Positions 14,901 through 27,800 are shown, numbered from the stretch's first letter. The stretch is 64,000 nt of DNA from Daphnia carinata (GCF_022539665.2 NC_081334.1:2294001-2358000), one strand, 5' to 3'. A program made the numbers and translations. Notes: a model not told the origin generated them from the letters alone.

Positions 14901-17092
14901 ATGGAAAGACTTTGCTGGCTGTATAAGTCAGGATTTGTTGAGCACAGAGTATAACGTGGCTATCGATTGATATTGCGGTCGTTTATCGTGAGCTGTAGAT
15001 TAGTTTTCTTTGATCACGCTCGATGGTTGGCAGCTAAAGGCTTCGCTTGATGGCCGCACGAGAATTCAAAGAAAACCGTATTAAGAAATACAAAAATGAA
15101 ATTCTAATTTAAATTTCATTTTTCGCTTTCTCCTTTCAATTTGCGCAAGCCTCCATATATACTAGGCCATCTTATATTACATAACTGATCCGACTGCCAA
15201 TCATGAATATCTGACTTCGCTACGTAAGCCATCGGTAATGGTGTTACGACATTCTTATATTAACAAATGAAGCGCGTCTTTTGTTAAGATTGAAAATGGC
15301 TCTTTCATGTACGGGTTGGATAGGTATACGCTGTAGGGCGTAATGAAAGGGCCCTTTACAGGAGTATCCACTCTCGGTTAGTTACATGATTTTAACCAAT
15401 CAATACGTAACGCGTGAACAATCCCGACCGACTTAAACAACTACAGGTGCAAGCGCTGCTGTTGGCTAGGTAACATAACACAGACTTATATATACCGTTA
15501 AGAATGAAAAAAAAAATGGCGGGTATACATAAATTATTATGCACGTCGGTTTGTATTTAGAGGCTTTCGCGTTCAGATTTTGTAGGACAATAAGCGCAGA
15601 AACCTGAACATAGCGACTTTGTCCGGTTGTTGCCCATCGCCGTCACACAATTGCATCCAAGGTAACGCAGCGATGAAACAAAAGACGGGTCTAGAAAGAA
15701 GGCGAACTATACACGAGCAGCATTTTCGTCCTTTTTGCCAATTCATTGTTTTGCTCGTGTTCCCTTCCGCGAAACAAACGTGGGCCATCGTATCGCAACC
15801 TCTTTTGTTTTATCTGTATTTTTCTTTTTAATTGAAAAGGCACCGAGCGAATGAAGAAGCTTACGTCATATCCGCGTCCGCCAACGTAAACCGCAAATCA
15901 GCGTTCGTATGTGTGTGTGTGTCATAAAATAATCAACCGCAAAGTCGGATGTATGTGTGAATATAATATGATTCTGGATGAAGGCGGAAATAACCGGTCT
16001 CAGATTGTGGGATTAAAAATTTGCATAGAATTTATGGGGAGTTTATACATACAGCACACATGATGCCTATTTATATCGACACTTCCGCAATAGTAGGAAC
16101 ATGCTGTTTTATTATTATGGGATTCGCTTATGGCGGTTTTGGCCAGCAGCATCAGTATATGAATAATGTGTCCGTGAACGATTCTTAGTAAGCTTGAATA
16201 CGCCTAATTTATTCCGACGTTGATGACGCAACCAACTGCGCAGTATGTACGAATTATAATGCTACATTGATTTAGCGAAATTGCCTTCCGGAATGTGTTA
16301 AGCATAAAATTTGGCTTTGTAGCACATCCATACACGTTCAGGTGCACAGGTCACTGCGATAGTATAATTCATACAAAGTCACGTCTTTCATTTGCATTCT
16401 GCACGCCAAGTGTGGGCAACGGGAAAACTTTGTTCCGCGTTATTCAGACGTTGTTGAATGACCTTTACACACACATCTTATATTTATACTTCACAAATAA
16501 ATCTTCACCGATGTTTTTTTTTTTAACATTTACGGCGCTTTGGCGAATCGCTTTGTTATTCAAGAGGTACAACACAAACAATTTCGTTGCAATCCACGTA
16601 GAGTGGAATGCTGGATCATCATGACATGTTGCCATTTATCAGCAGGGCCTCTTTTTAACGAACGAGGCACAACATAGGCAGAGAATTGAATTGATTTAAA
16701 TATATCGCAAATTTTCTTTTTTGGCTATCGTTATTGCACACACCATTGCGCAAATTTTATGTACTAACCCCATCGTTCGCCCTAACAAATGATAGCTACT
16801 TCGTAATCGACGTTGCATAGCGTTAATGCCCTCGTTAAAGATGACCTTAAAGAAGACCTGTCGAAAATTTGTGCCAGTGGACGGACGGAAAAATACGAAG
16901 CTCGAAGGGATATTCTAAATAACGTAAAGCTAGCTCAACTTTGATAAGTCAGGCTGTACGACTACGGCACAAAATGACGAATCGTGAAAGTGCGTGGGAT
17001 TTCCCGATCACGAAAGAGGAAATCTTGCCCCCCTTTTTCTTTTGTCTTGTCCAATAAATGCGGGTGCAGCGTTTCCACTAGCGAAACGCCCG

Positions 17093-17131
17093 TATATAAA
17101 AAGCTCTGACTATCACAGTTCCTCATCAGTT
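17093..17131 (+). promoter_or_regulatory. TATA box plus arthropod initiator of the secreted-protein gene
   Basis: TATATAAAAA at 17093-17102 and TCAGTT at 17126-17131, canonical spacing, about 60 nt before ATG 17188. Confidence 0.7.
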
Positions 17132-17187
17132 GCATTCTAATCTTAACGATCATCACACGGCTACACCAACCGTTCGAATCGCTCACG

Positions 17188-17737
17188 ATGAGACTGCACG
17201 TGTTGATCGTTTGCTGTGCGTTTATGGTCGCAGTTAACGCGTCCGTTTACGTTAAAGGCGGCAGCAGATATCCATTTCCACGGCCGGATCAATCCAGCGT
17301 TGCCACACCGTCGAAGGGATCCAGCAACAATAAACAATCGTCCTTTGTCAGCAACAGGTATAGATGAAACCCTAAAATTAATTTACGTCGGTTTTATTTC
17401 AGAATGATGCTCGAGTGATTCGTGATGAACTTTACATGTTGTCAATTACGTCCAATCACCTTGTCTATTCAGGAGGTACCAGCGAGCGGCTCTGAATTCT
17501 GGCAGCGTGATTGAAGACACTCCAGTGACCGAGTCTAGACGTCATTCGAATGAAGCCGTTCCGCAGATACAACAACGGGCGTCCATCTCATCCCAACCCA
17601 CACTTTCAGCTGTTGCAGACAACCGCAAACAGCAAGACGCAGGAGCGGAATTTGAAGACCAACGTCCCATCGATTTCGATCTAAACGTAAGAACGGGTGC
17701 GCAGTTCGTTCCCGGGCTGAAATCCGTGTCGAACTAA
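17188..17737 (+). CDS. Uncharacterised 144-aa secreted protein / candidate propeptide (exons 17188-17357, 17473-17737)
   Basis: MRLHVLIVCCAFMVAVNA signal-like N-terminus; phase-2 intron AG|gtatag..ttcag|G keeps frame into the 17507-17737 ORF; RRYQR|AA convertase-like site; TATA/Inr upstream. Confidence 0.75.
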
Positions 17738-17973
17738 TAGACATTGTTTAGCTTGTCGATTGGCATCCTGCCAATGTCATGAAAAGCCACCTTTCCCCTA
17801 TGCATCCAATCCACTTGAATACAAAAAGTTTTTATTTTTACATTTCACATATTCATGCAATTAGTTATACCGTTCACCTAGAGAATATAAATGGAAGTTT
17901 ACTGAATGTGTTCATTAATGGACACAACGACTTACATAAGAAATGCTTTGTGTTTACCTGCCGAAGAGGAATG

Positions 17974-18005
<32 letters not shown>

Positions 18006-19078
18006 GCTTGGAGTGGATTTGCCAACACGTCCTTTAGATTTTAAGCAGATGCTTTCAATGTTTTGTTCTTTTTCTGGGTGGTTGAGGACTTGCCAACAAC
18101 AGTGGTTTCGTAAAGGCAATGCTGAAATCGATACTGCACATGAAGCTCTCAATCACTCTGGCTTGGCAACCACTTGGCTCAGCAATGAAACACTCCACAT
18201 TTTAGCATCTCGTTTCCATGGCTGAAATGTGCGAAAACAAAATTTGCCATTCTTGAAAACCAAGAGACTTTCGCATATCTATATTCGTCCTCCATTTCAT
18301 CCGACTTAATTCCCGCTCTCTTTACCTTTGCTTTGTTGTCAAGGTGCCCAGAATCACATCCCCCGCGGCTGTAACTATACATCGGGCGTCGGTCCAAATG
18401 CTGGCGGTGTCACAGGATAAACGATGAATCGCATCAGGGGATGTCGTGTAGACTGTACATTTGTTTTGTTACACTCTGTCCGTGTCCTAATCTGGGCAAG
18501 AAACCTGAAACAAAAGGTCATATCATTTATGATTAAAAACCAACTAATAGAATCGGAGGATAACCTTTTGTTCAGTGACGTGCAGCTCTTACAATCGGCG
18601 AATGGCCGACACCGTTGCCGCCTATCTTTAATTATTAGTCACACAATTTTTGTCTCCCCTCCCAGCGAAACTCAGGAAAGAGTGAATGATTAAAAAGAAG
18701 CTTCTTGATCGAACAAGTGATATGTAATTAATAAGTGGTTTGCCCTTTTGTTTCTTGCTCCAAGATGAAGGAGGGTGCAAAAACCCACAAACAATCAACC
18801 CATGTGTCTACCCAAGATCTTTGACGTCAGCACCATCTATCTTACATAATGACTCGCAGAATTCGCATCGACCTGCTGATCGAGGCGCCCATTCCGCCAT
18901 TGTTGTACTCGGGAAAATAATTGTCCTTGGGAATTCTAGTCTTGAACGTCACAAAATAGAAAATCAACGTTGAAAAGGATGTGATACGACCTAATAATAG
19001 ACCCAATAGTTTTTTTCGATGTGCCAGCAAAAAGTGCGATAACTTTTTTTTTATTTTCACAAGTTTGTCGTCTGAAAA

Positions 19079-20551
19079 TTCCAACTTAGTCTCTGCGAGA
19101 CAAAAGCGAGACTGTCTCGAAGGATCGAGACCTTGGCCACCACATCTCAATGGGGGTAAGGGTCTCGACTATCTGATTTGCTCTCTCCTTCTCCCCACCC
19201 TTAAGCCCTCTCCATCTCTTTCCCGCGCTCCCACATTTCTCTGTTGTGCAGCTGAGACGAGCTTTCCTTGGCGCCTTCATTTCTTTGTTGTTGTTTTTTT
19301 TTGTGTGCATATTTTATTATGTAAATGTATTGTTTGTTTTACATTTTAATTTATGCAATACAATGCTTTTTACCTTAATTAAATGTGTTTTAATTATTTT
19401 ATTTAAATATTACAGAAAATTATTTTATTTAGCAACAGCATGTTTCCACAACACGCTTCAGTACGTTAATTTGAACTTTAACTAATGATATTAATTTTTC
19501 AATCACACCACGACATTCCTTAATTTAAGACGAATCGAATGATTATATTTTTAGAATTCTAAAATTAAAAACAATGCCCGAACGAGGGGTCCAAAGTAGT
19601 TTCCCCTCCCCCCTCGTAGTACACGAAACTAAAATAATTATTATAAAATAAACTATAAGTCCAAAATGCATAAATTTTACAGAAATGGATAGCTCTCATC
19701 AAGGGCTATCCAATTATATAAATTTGTGAACGAATTCTTATAAACAAAAAAAGTTGACAAAAAAATTTTTAGACAGTTTTTGCGCTCTAGGAACACACTC
19801 GACCCAGTCGACATAAGTGAAAAATACCGTACCACTTCAAACTTTTTTGTTTATGAAAATTTCTTTACAATTTTTACAGAATTGGATAGCCCTAGACAAG
19901 AGCTATCCATTCCTGTAAAAATTATTGATTTTGGACCTATAGTTTTAGCGATAAAAATTATTTTAGTTTCATCCATTAAGGGGGTAGGGAGGGATTCCCC
20001 TAGACGTGTGAAACCCGCACCGGCCAGGTGCTTTTCAAACGGCTGCTTTCGGTGCAACATACCCGCTTTAAACTTGAAATATGGCGATTAAATGAAGATA
20101 AATAAAACATAAATATAATTGTATTACATGAAACGGGCACAAGAAGAGTACAAAGCAGTATTTGAACTCATTTTCTTTTTTACCGACCAGTGATCCGACC
20201 CAAATGCCCACGGGGAGGAAGAAAGACGCCCGGAAATCCAAAAGAACAACCCCGAAATTTGAAGAATCAACACCTCTTATTTCATTACAACAAATATGCT
20301 TATAATAATCTTAATATATCGTGTATTACTGGGAGAAAGAGATTACCGGAGAACTGTCAAATCGCACCGATCTACCCGAAAAATTGCCAATCGGTTATTA
20401 CTCGGGTAGGTACTTTTCAATTGGTTCGGTACGGTTCAAAATAAATGTGGGAGAGAGAAGCAGGAGGAAATGAAGGGGCTTTAGGGTGGGAGAGGGAGAG
20501 AACCAATCAGGGGGCTGTGATGTTGCGGTGCAGGGGAGGCCAAGTTGGAAA
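19079..20551. mobile_element. Non-autonomous palindromic (foldback/MITE-like) element, diverged
   Basis: Nested inverted arms about a centre near 19800: 19079-19089 vs 20541-20551, 19170-19238 vs 20445-20512, 19600-19757 vs 19838-19995; no credible ORF. Confidence 0.6.
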
Positions 20552-20639
20552 ATTCTTAGCCCCCATTTCCTCTGGTGTGCAAAACCCGAAGTAGTCGTGT
20601 TGTTTTTGATTATCTAAGATTGGCAACGTTCTTTCGATT

Positions 20640-20859
20640 AGCTGACGAAAAAGCATGGGCGGATATGCTTAAAGAGCACATTTTTTACGAACTTTTGAGG
20701 TTCGAGGTAAAAGCTGTTCATGATCTCTCCAAAAAGATTTGTTGATTGAATGATTATTTCTTTGCAGGTAACATCTTGTAAAAAGCTTATGAATTTAATC
20801 TTCTGCTACTGAAATTTATGAATGAGTAAGTTGAAGACTAATCTTCTCACCAAATCAAC
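20640..20859 (+). promoter_or_regulatory. Putative non-coding leader exon(s) of the POLR3K-YRDC-PLEKHM1 unit
   Basis: 61-nt intron GAG|gtaaaa (20707) to tttgcag| (20767); second consensus donor GTAAGT at 20826-20831. Start coordinate approximate. Confidence 0.5.
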
Positions 20860-21186
20860 ATGTTGATGTTCTGTCCTACATGTGGAAATCTTTTGGGTGT
20901 TGAAGAAGGACCCCAGTGTTTTCGATTCGCGTGTCGCACTTGCCCATATGTTTTCAACATTACCCGTAAAGTCAGCAGTAAGTCGTTCCCTAAACTGAAA
21001 GAAGTGGATGATGTACTTGGAGGATCTGCCGCTTGGGAGAATGTTGATTCAACAGAAGCTACTTGTCCTAAGTGTGATCACCCTAGAGCTTACTTCTTGC
21101 AGATGCAAACACGTTCTGCTGATGAGCCCATGACCACTTTCTACAAATGCTGCAATCACGAGTGCTCCAATCTTTGGCGTGATTAG
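20860..21186 (+). CDS. POLR3K: RNA polymerase III subunit RPC10 (C11), intronless, 108 aa
   Basis: MLMFCPTCGNLL zinc ribbon, KLKEVDDVLGG, TFIIS-like C-terminus CPKC..QTRSADEPMTTFYKC..C..WRD. Confidence 0.97.
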   Translation: MLMFCPTCGNLLGVEEGPQCFRFACRTCPYVFNITRKVSSKSFPKLKEVDDVLGGSAAWENVDSTEATCPKCDHPRAYFLQMQTRSADEPMTTFYKCCNHECSNLWRD

Positions 21187-21268
21187 GCTCAAACAATCTT
21201 CCAATTCCTTTTCACACCTTTTCTCGTGCTCAGTTTGCATTACTGATTGTCACGATTGCTGATGTCAA

Positions 21269-21949
21269 ATGATTAACACAGTCACCCTCCTCGGGCCGAA
21301 GAACTCTGCAGCCATCCTTATAAAAGCAGTGGAGCTTCTGAAAGCTGGTTGTGTAGTTGCTCTCCCAACAGACACTTTGTATGGCATTGCTTGCCTATCT
21401 CAGAACTCAGAAGCTATAAAAAAGCTTTATCAAATTAAATCGCGTGATACGAACAAACCTGTGGCGATTTGCGTTTCACAAGTCAGTGACGTCGCCAAGT
21501 GGGGACGGGTAACGGTCAACGAACGACTACTTCACGATCTTTTACCTGGACCGGTTACCCTCGTTTTCGAAAGGAGCCCGGTTTTAAATCCCGAGCTTAA
21601 TCCTGGTACCAAACTTGTTGGCATCCGAATTCCGGACTCGTGGTTTATTCGTCAACTGGCCAGTAGTTGTGATGGGCCACTAGCTTTGACTAGTGCCAAC
21701 GTCAGCGGATCTCAGAGCACGCTTTCTGTGGAGGAATTCTCCGACATTTGGGAACATCTCGGGGCCGTATATAACGGTGGCCCGATACCAGACGGCGCAT
21801 ATGCCCGGCTAGGATCCACGGTCGTCGATTTATCCTCTCCGGGGACATACCGTATTATTCGTCCAGGCTGTGCGCATACAATTACAGTGGAAAAACTTCG
21901 GAAACACGGCTTAGTTGAAGCTAGTGAAATCGAATCAGAAAGCGTCTAG
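21269..21949 (+). CDS. YRDC: Threonylcarbamoyl-AMP synthase (YrdC/Sua5 domain), intronless, 226 aa
   Basis: VALPTDTLYGIAC, KxR..KP, LLPGPVTLV, GIRIP, LTSANVSG and GSTVVDL..IIRPG motifs. Confidence 0.95.
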   Translation: MINTVTLLGPKNSAAILIKAVELLKAGCVVALPTDTLYGIACLSQNSEAIKKLYQIKSRDTNKPVAICVSQVSDVAKWGRVTVNERLLHDLLPGPVTLVFERSPVLNPELNPGTKLVGIRIPDSWFIRQLASSCDGPLALTSANVSGSQSTLSVEEFSDIWEHLGAVYNGGPIPDGAYARLGSTVVDLSSPGTYRIIRPGCAHTITVEKLRKHGLVEASEIESESV

Positions 21950-22010
21950 TTCCCTCTTCTCTTCAGTTTTTGTGCTAGTGAATCTGTGAATTTTATGCCT
22001 TAAAAGAAAA

Positions 22011-24469
22011 ATGTGGAAACGCCAGAAAACGAGAGACGATTTGAACTACGATGCTCTGATTAAGACAGCATTGACGGGTCATTTGGGGGAAGCTGTAAGA
22101 GAAGTGCAACGACAACAACAGCAACAACAACAGCAATCGACGGCGGTTGTGGAAGGGAATAGCGAGTCGGCTCACACGCTGTGTTGCGTATTGGAAGCCT
22201 TGTTTATCCATCGATTGCGCGATTCGTTCATCGATAAAGTTTCAAGCGTATTCTCTGGCGATGTGATTCGCCAACCGTCACCCAACTTTTGGCCTTTCTT
22301 GCTTGGCTTTTCTCATCGCCATTCGGTCGACTACCTGTCCGATTCTTGCCCATGGTTGCGGACCGATATTGGCCGTTGTCGTGGATGGATTCGGCTCGTC
22401 CTCAACGACGGCATGTTCACCAGCTACCTTGGTATCTAAATTGTAAAGTAACATTTTTAAATGACTTAATTTTTACGATATCATTTTCAACTTTTATGTT
22501 TCGTCGATTGAAAACAATTTTATGGTAGACCTTTTAGCTGGCGAGCGTCGACTTCTCGGGGATTTCTATGAACGTCAAGCGTATCTGCGTGACCCGGAGC
22601 ATCTTGATATAGCTCGAAAGCTATTAAGCGGCCTAGAAATGCTTCAATTCCGTTTGGTAAATTATGTGTAATCATGTCTTATCAGTTTAGAAGGAAAGAC
22701 TCTTTGAGTTAACTGATTGATAAAGAACAACACAGAAAAAAATGAGAGAAGGAATACATTTATTTGTTTCTTATTATGTTTGAGTATCTTTATTTTTCAT
22801 CATTAGGCCGTCAATAGTAGCATGTTGAACAACTGGAGCACAACCCCGCTACTTCTTGCTGGACTTTGGTCGCCTCCAACTCCTCTTGTCCATGAGGCTG
22901 TCGTTCAAGGTGTGGACGCGGCACTTTGTTTCACGGACGAGGACGAGACGCTCCAGCCCATCAAGCAACGAAACGCGTTGACTAAAAGCTTGGCGGCAGC
23001 TAACGTTCCGAAGGTTGACGAAGATATGGCTTTTCGTTTGATTATTGAATCAGATAGAAACATACCTAGCGGCATGCGGGCGCATTTGCAATCACCACCG
23101 AAGCCCATTGCATCAGCCGTTGTGGCCTCTTCAGAGATCAGACACTCGCAATCGCTTCCGGCTTCCCATATCGCTGAAATACCGGAAGATGTGGATTCGC
23201 AAATTGTTCATGTTACACGTCTACGATTGAAAAATAGTCGGGCTGCCAGTCCGGCTGTGGAAGAAGTCAAACAAGATGAACCGCCGGAAGCGTGTCCGCC
23301 ACAGTCTCTGGCAGAAGAGATTGCGGCTGTTGATGGGTTGGCTGATGTAGTCCATGATTCGACTGACGATCCCGTCGAAGACAAGAATCATGATGAAGAA
23401 GCTTCTACGTTTGAAGATTTGTTAGAAGATTATTCAAACTTCAACATCGGCAGCAATTCATTGGTGAAATCACCAAACTATTCGCCGAGTGGAACTTCAT
23501 CCGTTACGAGAGATAGTTCTCCCGAAGAGAAATTCGAAATTATTTCTGGTAAAACATTACAACTCAATCATGAATTTTTTTATAATCTGTTCATAATCCT
23601 TGGGCATTTGTTTTAGACAAAAAAGATCATAAATCGCCATTGGCGTCGTTGCTGTTGACATTGAATCATGAAAGTAACCTTGTCAAGCAAAACTATCAAT
23701 GCGCTGGATGTACAAGGCCGATTGGCTTAATCTACGGTACCGCTCGTGTTTGTAACTTTACTGGTGGCCTATACTGTCCCGACTGTCACAGCGATACGGA
23801 CGAAGTTATTATTCCCGCTCGCGTCTTCCTCAACGGCGATTGGTCTAAGCGCAAAGTTTGCCGCGCCGTGCATCAATTCTTCCGTGAGATCGAAGTCGAC
23901 CCTTCGTTGGACGCCATTCAATTTGATCGCAACATCTACGCTTTTCAGTGCGAGTTTTCTGCTTTGCTCAACGTACGATCGCAATTGCAACACCTCTCTG
24001 CCTTCCTCCTGACTTGCCGAACTGCTGATGTTGGCCAAGAATTTCGCAAACGCATTTACGGCAAGGAATACCTTTACAATCATCAGCACACGTACAGTTT
24101 GGCTGATTTGCCTCTCATACAGTCTGGTCAGCTTCTTCAGCAATTGACCAAATTATTTCAGTTTGGCAAGCAACATGTGGCTGCGTGCAATCTGTGCTTG
24201 ATGAAAGGTGTGCATTGTTTTGTTTGTGTATGCAATAGAAGTTGTTGAGGTTTTCATTCTATTTTTTAGGTTTTTTGTGTGAAGCCTGCCGTTCGGATGT
24301 GGTCATATTCCCTTTTGACTTGGAAACGACCTTTCGATGCGCGTATTGCGGTGCCGTGTTCCATTCTGAATGCATGGATCGCTTCAGGCCATGCCCGAGA
24401 TGCGAGCGGTGGAAAAGCAGAGAATTGAATCGGAAAGTGGAAGAATCGGAGTCGGATCAAGAACTATGA
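22011..24469 (+). CDS. PLEKHM1: PLEKHM1-like protein: RUN domain plus C-terminal Rubicon-homology zinc-binding domain (exons 22011-22431, 22529-22656, 22807-23548, 23617-24207, 24270-24469)
   Basis: RUN motifs LCCVLEALFIHRL, TDIGRCRGWIRLVLN, FYERQAYLRDPE; LNNWSTTPLLLAGL; QNYQCAGC..YCPDCH..IPARV..HVAACNLCLMKGFLCEAC..IFPF..C..CGAVFHSEC..CPRC; introns GT-AG and in phase. Confidence 0.9.
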
Positions 24470-24670
24470 CATGACAGATCTATACGTTTAATAGTTCGAA
24501 TTTGTTATGCAAAAAATCTATGAAAACTATGTGTTTACATACTGCCAAATGTTTATGTGTCTTTAAGTAGTGTTGGGAAATCGTCTCGTGGCGCCCTGAG
24601 CATTTCTATGCAGTGCAACTGTTATTTGAAATCGGTTTGAATCGTGACGAATACACTTATCGTTCATCTA

Positions 24671-24676
24671 AATAAA
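24671..24676 (+). terminator. Candidate poly(A) signal after PLEKHM1
   Basis: AATAAA about 200 nt after the PLEKHM1 stop; none in either inter-ORF spacer upstream. Confidence 0.5.
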
Positions 24677-24800
24677 TGCAAGGTACAAGACAAATTCACT
24701 CGTTCGTAGTCAAATCATTTTTCAAGTCATTTGCATTATTGGTTCAAAAATAATAGTTGGCTTTTTAGGTTGCCCTGTTTGTATCAGCAATGTTCTCGAA

Positions 24801-27800
24801 TCAGGAGATTGGTGTGGCTAATTTGGGTCGTGCTATTAGGCAAGCAGAATAACATTTTTAAAAAAGAAAATTTTTGATTCAAGTTTAATTTAATTTTTAC
24901 TTTTACAGCCTCCTTGGTAGATGGTGATATCATCGACAGCAAATCCGCCGTTGGATGCCCGGCCTTCGTACACGAGTTTCACTTCCTGACCAGAAACGTT
25001 TGTGCCATCGCTTTCCAGCTCCACTTGGCTATTATTAGAATTTTTGCTACGTTATGAAACACGTCTCAAGAACGCATGTTTATTCCTAGTAAAACTAACC
25101 CAAAATTCCAATCGGGACGGGTGCTTTCCAGCTGGACGACACGCAACATCCATATTTCTATTTTTCAACAATTTTTGAAGGTTATCACGAAAATCAAACA
25201 ACATGTCCTCATTAAAATAAGAAATCCTTCACTGGGAAAGCCGTACCTTTTTCAAAGCCGCCGACACTGTCCATCATGAGGACTCTCAACTGAGTCGTAT
25301 CTCCTGCACCGAAGGCTGCGAACCAAAATGTCAAACAGAGGCGTGGTCGACCAATGCCTCCGGAAGTCATATTAGGACCGACTAGACGGATCACCTCTTG
25401 CCTATTCTGCTGGCTGAACACGTCAAAGTAGACATATCCACCTAAGAAATGTGTTAGGCAGAAACAAAGCTTCAATCATTCATGCAAATTGAACGTTATA
25501 ATGTAAATTACTTGGAGCTCCGAAAGTGTGGTCAGGTAAATTAGCCGGTCGGCGGGCAGCAGTAGCCAATCGCCAATCATTATCTTGACGAACGCCGGTT
25601 GCGTTGGCGGTACTACGCCAACTGCACATGTCACGATCGAAATTGCATTCAGTTGCCATGGGCATTGCTTGATTGGGGTGCGCTGAATACGATGGCATCA
25701 TCAAAATTAAAATTTGTTCGTGCAAAATCAAATGATTTCGTTTTTACTTGAGCAACTTCCCTCGTAGAAACTAATGTCATCAATGGAAATGGATCCTGCA
25801 CCACGACTCGAACCCCACAGTCCCTCGATGACCACCTTTGATTTTCGTGGGAGATTGTAAATGAAAACAAACAATCAAAGACAGGTTCTGTTTTTTGACT
25901 TATCGATTGCTAAGCTTACTCGGTAATTTCCGGTTTGTTGGATTAATGCTCGTCCCATTTTCCATACACCAGCTTGATGGTTGTGAAGCCTCCAAATGGC
26001 AACCATTTGGCCCAAAAAGGGAAGCCCAGAAAACGCCTCTTCCCTTCGAGTGTAAACACGTAAAGAACCCAAACTAGGCCCCGTTGGATCAATGATTGGC
26101 TCGTTCATTAAGTACCTACCAACATGACCAGCTTAGCTTCTATTTCATATTAATAGCATAGCAAATAACAATAATGTACAAAGGTAGATTAGATACCAGA
26201 ATGTCATGCAACGCATATCCATTTTGCCGGCCGTGACGTTAAACGGCCGAGAGAAAAGCAAAGCTCGATCACCTGGTCGTTGAACAGGACTTCGCCCTGG
26301 ACTCATAACGTAACCTGACCATCAAGTGATATTTGATTTACGTGATAGAATTCAAATGCTATTATGTGTTAACGCGTCTGACCTTTGCTTGTGTACGTTG
26401 TGTGGTCCTTAACGAATTGCAACCGGCTGTTTTCCGCTGGATGACGAATCCAATCGATATCGTCCACATTTTCACGCGTCACAGCGTTCGTCCATCCGCA
26501 TTCGTCTGCTTCAAAGTTACAATCATTCTGCTGCGTGGAAGCCGCTGCCGCCTGAGGCGCACTAGGACACGGTCCAGGATCGAAAGAGACATCATCAATG
26601 GCGATATCACCCAAATGATTTCGACCCGTCGTTGCTTCGAATGCAATCTTCGAGAAAAACATTAAACTTACAAATCGTTTATTCAAAAACAAACGATAAG
26701 ATATTCTTACTCGGAAAATGATGTTAGATGAAACGGTAATTTGTCCCTGATGCCAGTTGTTGCTGGACTCTCCGGTCAAGGACCAGAGTTCCCTGTTTGA
26801 AATGTCTGAACCAGGTGGGCCGAATAACTGAACCACTTTCAGCATGCCTATGCCATTGCCAAACATGTGCGTCCAAAAGCGTAAACAAAGCGGCTGGTCG
26901 GGATCTAAGCAAACGAAGCATTTTCAAAACATTCTTTTTTGGCAGAATAGAGTTTACGATTTTTCACCAGTGGGTTCCATGGATGGTGATAGCAATCTAG
27001 CGCGATCACCTGGCCTCCGAGGATAGCCGGAGTCGATGTAGGCGTAACCGCGAGAAAGATGGCCGGCAATGGGTCCCGTGACCGCATTTAAGCTTCCCCT
27101 TCCCTAGTAATGGTGAGAAAATAATAATAAAATGAATAATAAAAAATAAAAGCCCAAGCTTAGTGTTACGAGATTCCAGTCGAAATCATCATCCTGGTCA
27201 TTGCTCCATCCGCAAAATCCGCCATCAAAGTTGCAATGACCAAGGCAGGGATCCACCATTAAAGTGTCGGGATTCTCATTCAGAGCCTTTTCGTTTTCGT
27301 CTTCCTTCCAGGTACCGAGATCCACATTGTCCAGCACGAAATGTCCGCGCAGACGTCGCTGACTCTGAGCCGAGTGGTCGACTACTGCTTCAAACGCCAA
27401 CTGATGGATAAACGCAAGACAAATGGACAGGTTAATTGATGCTGATGACTTTCGATTTTTTCAGTTCACCTGATGAGGTTGGCCGTGACTATACAGGACT
27501 GCAGCCATTAACCATTTATCGTTAGCATCACTCCGCCCCTCCCAGAGAACTTCCCGCCGTGGCACGAGCAGAACCGTGTCGTTCGCCATTTGATGAACCA
27601 GTTGGCTCTGACGTAATACTAGGCGAAGTCTGTCTGCGCTCGGGCCATCCATCGCGTACCTGGTTATATTTATACGTCATTCAAACTGTGATGGTTAATG
27701 ACATTTTAGCTCGTCATTGTCACTCACTGGAACACGACGCACCGCCCTTCCGGCAACGTAGCGTTGATCATAATGCTGGACAACTTGACGGTTTCGGCAA

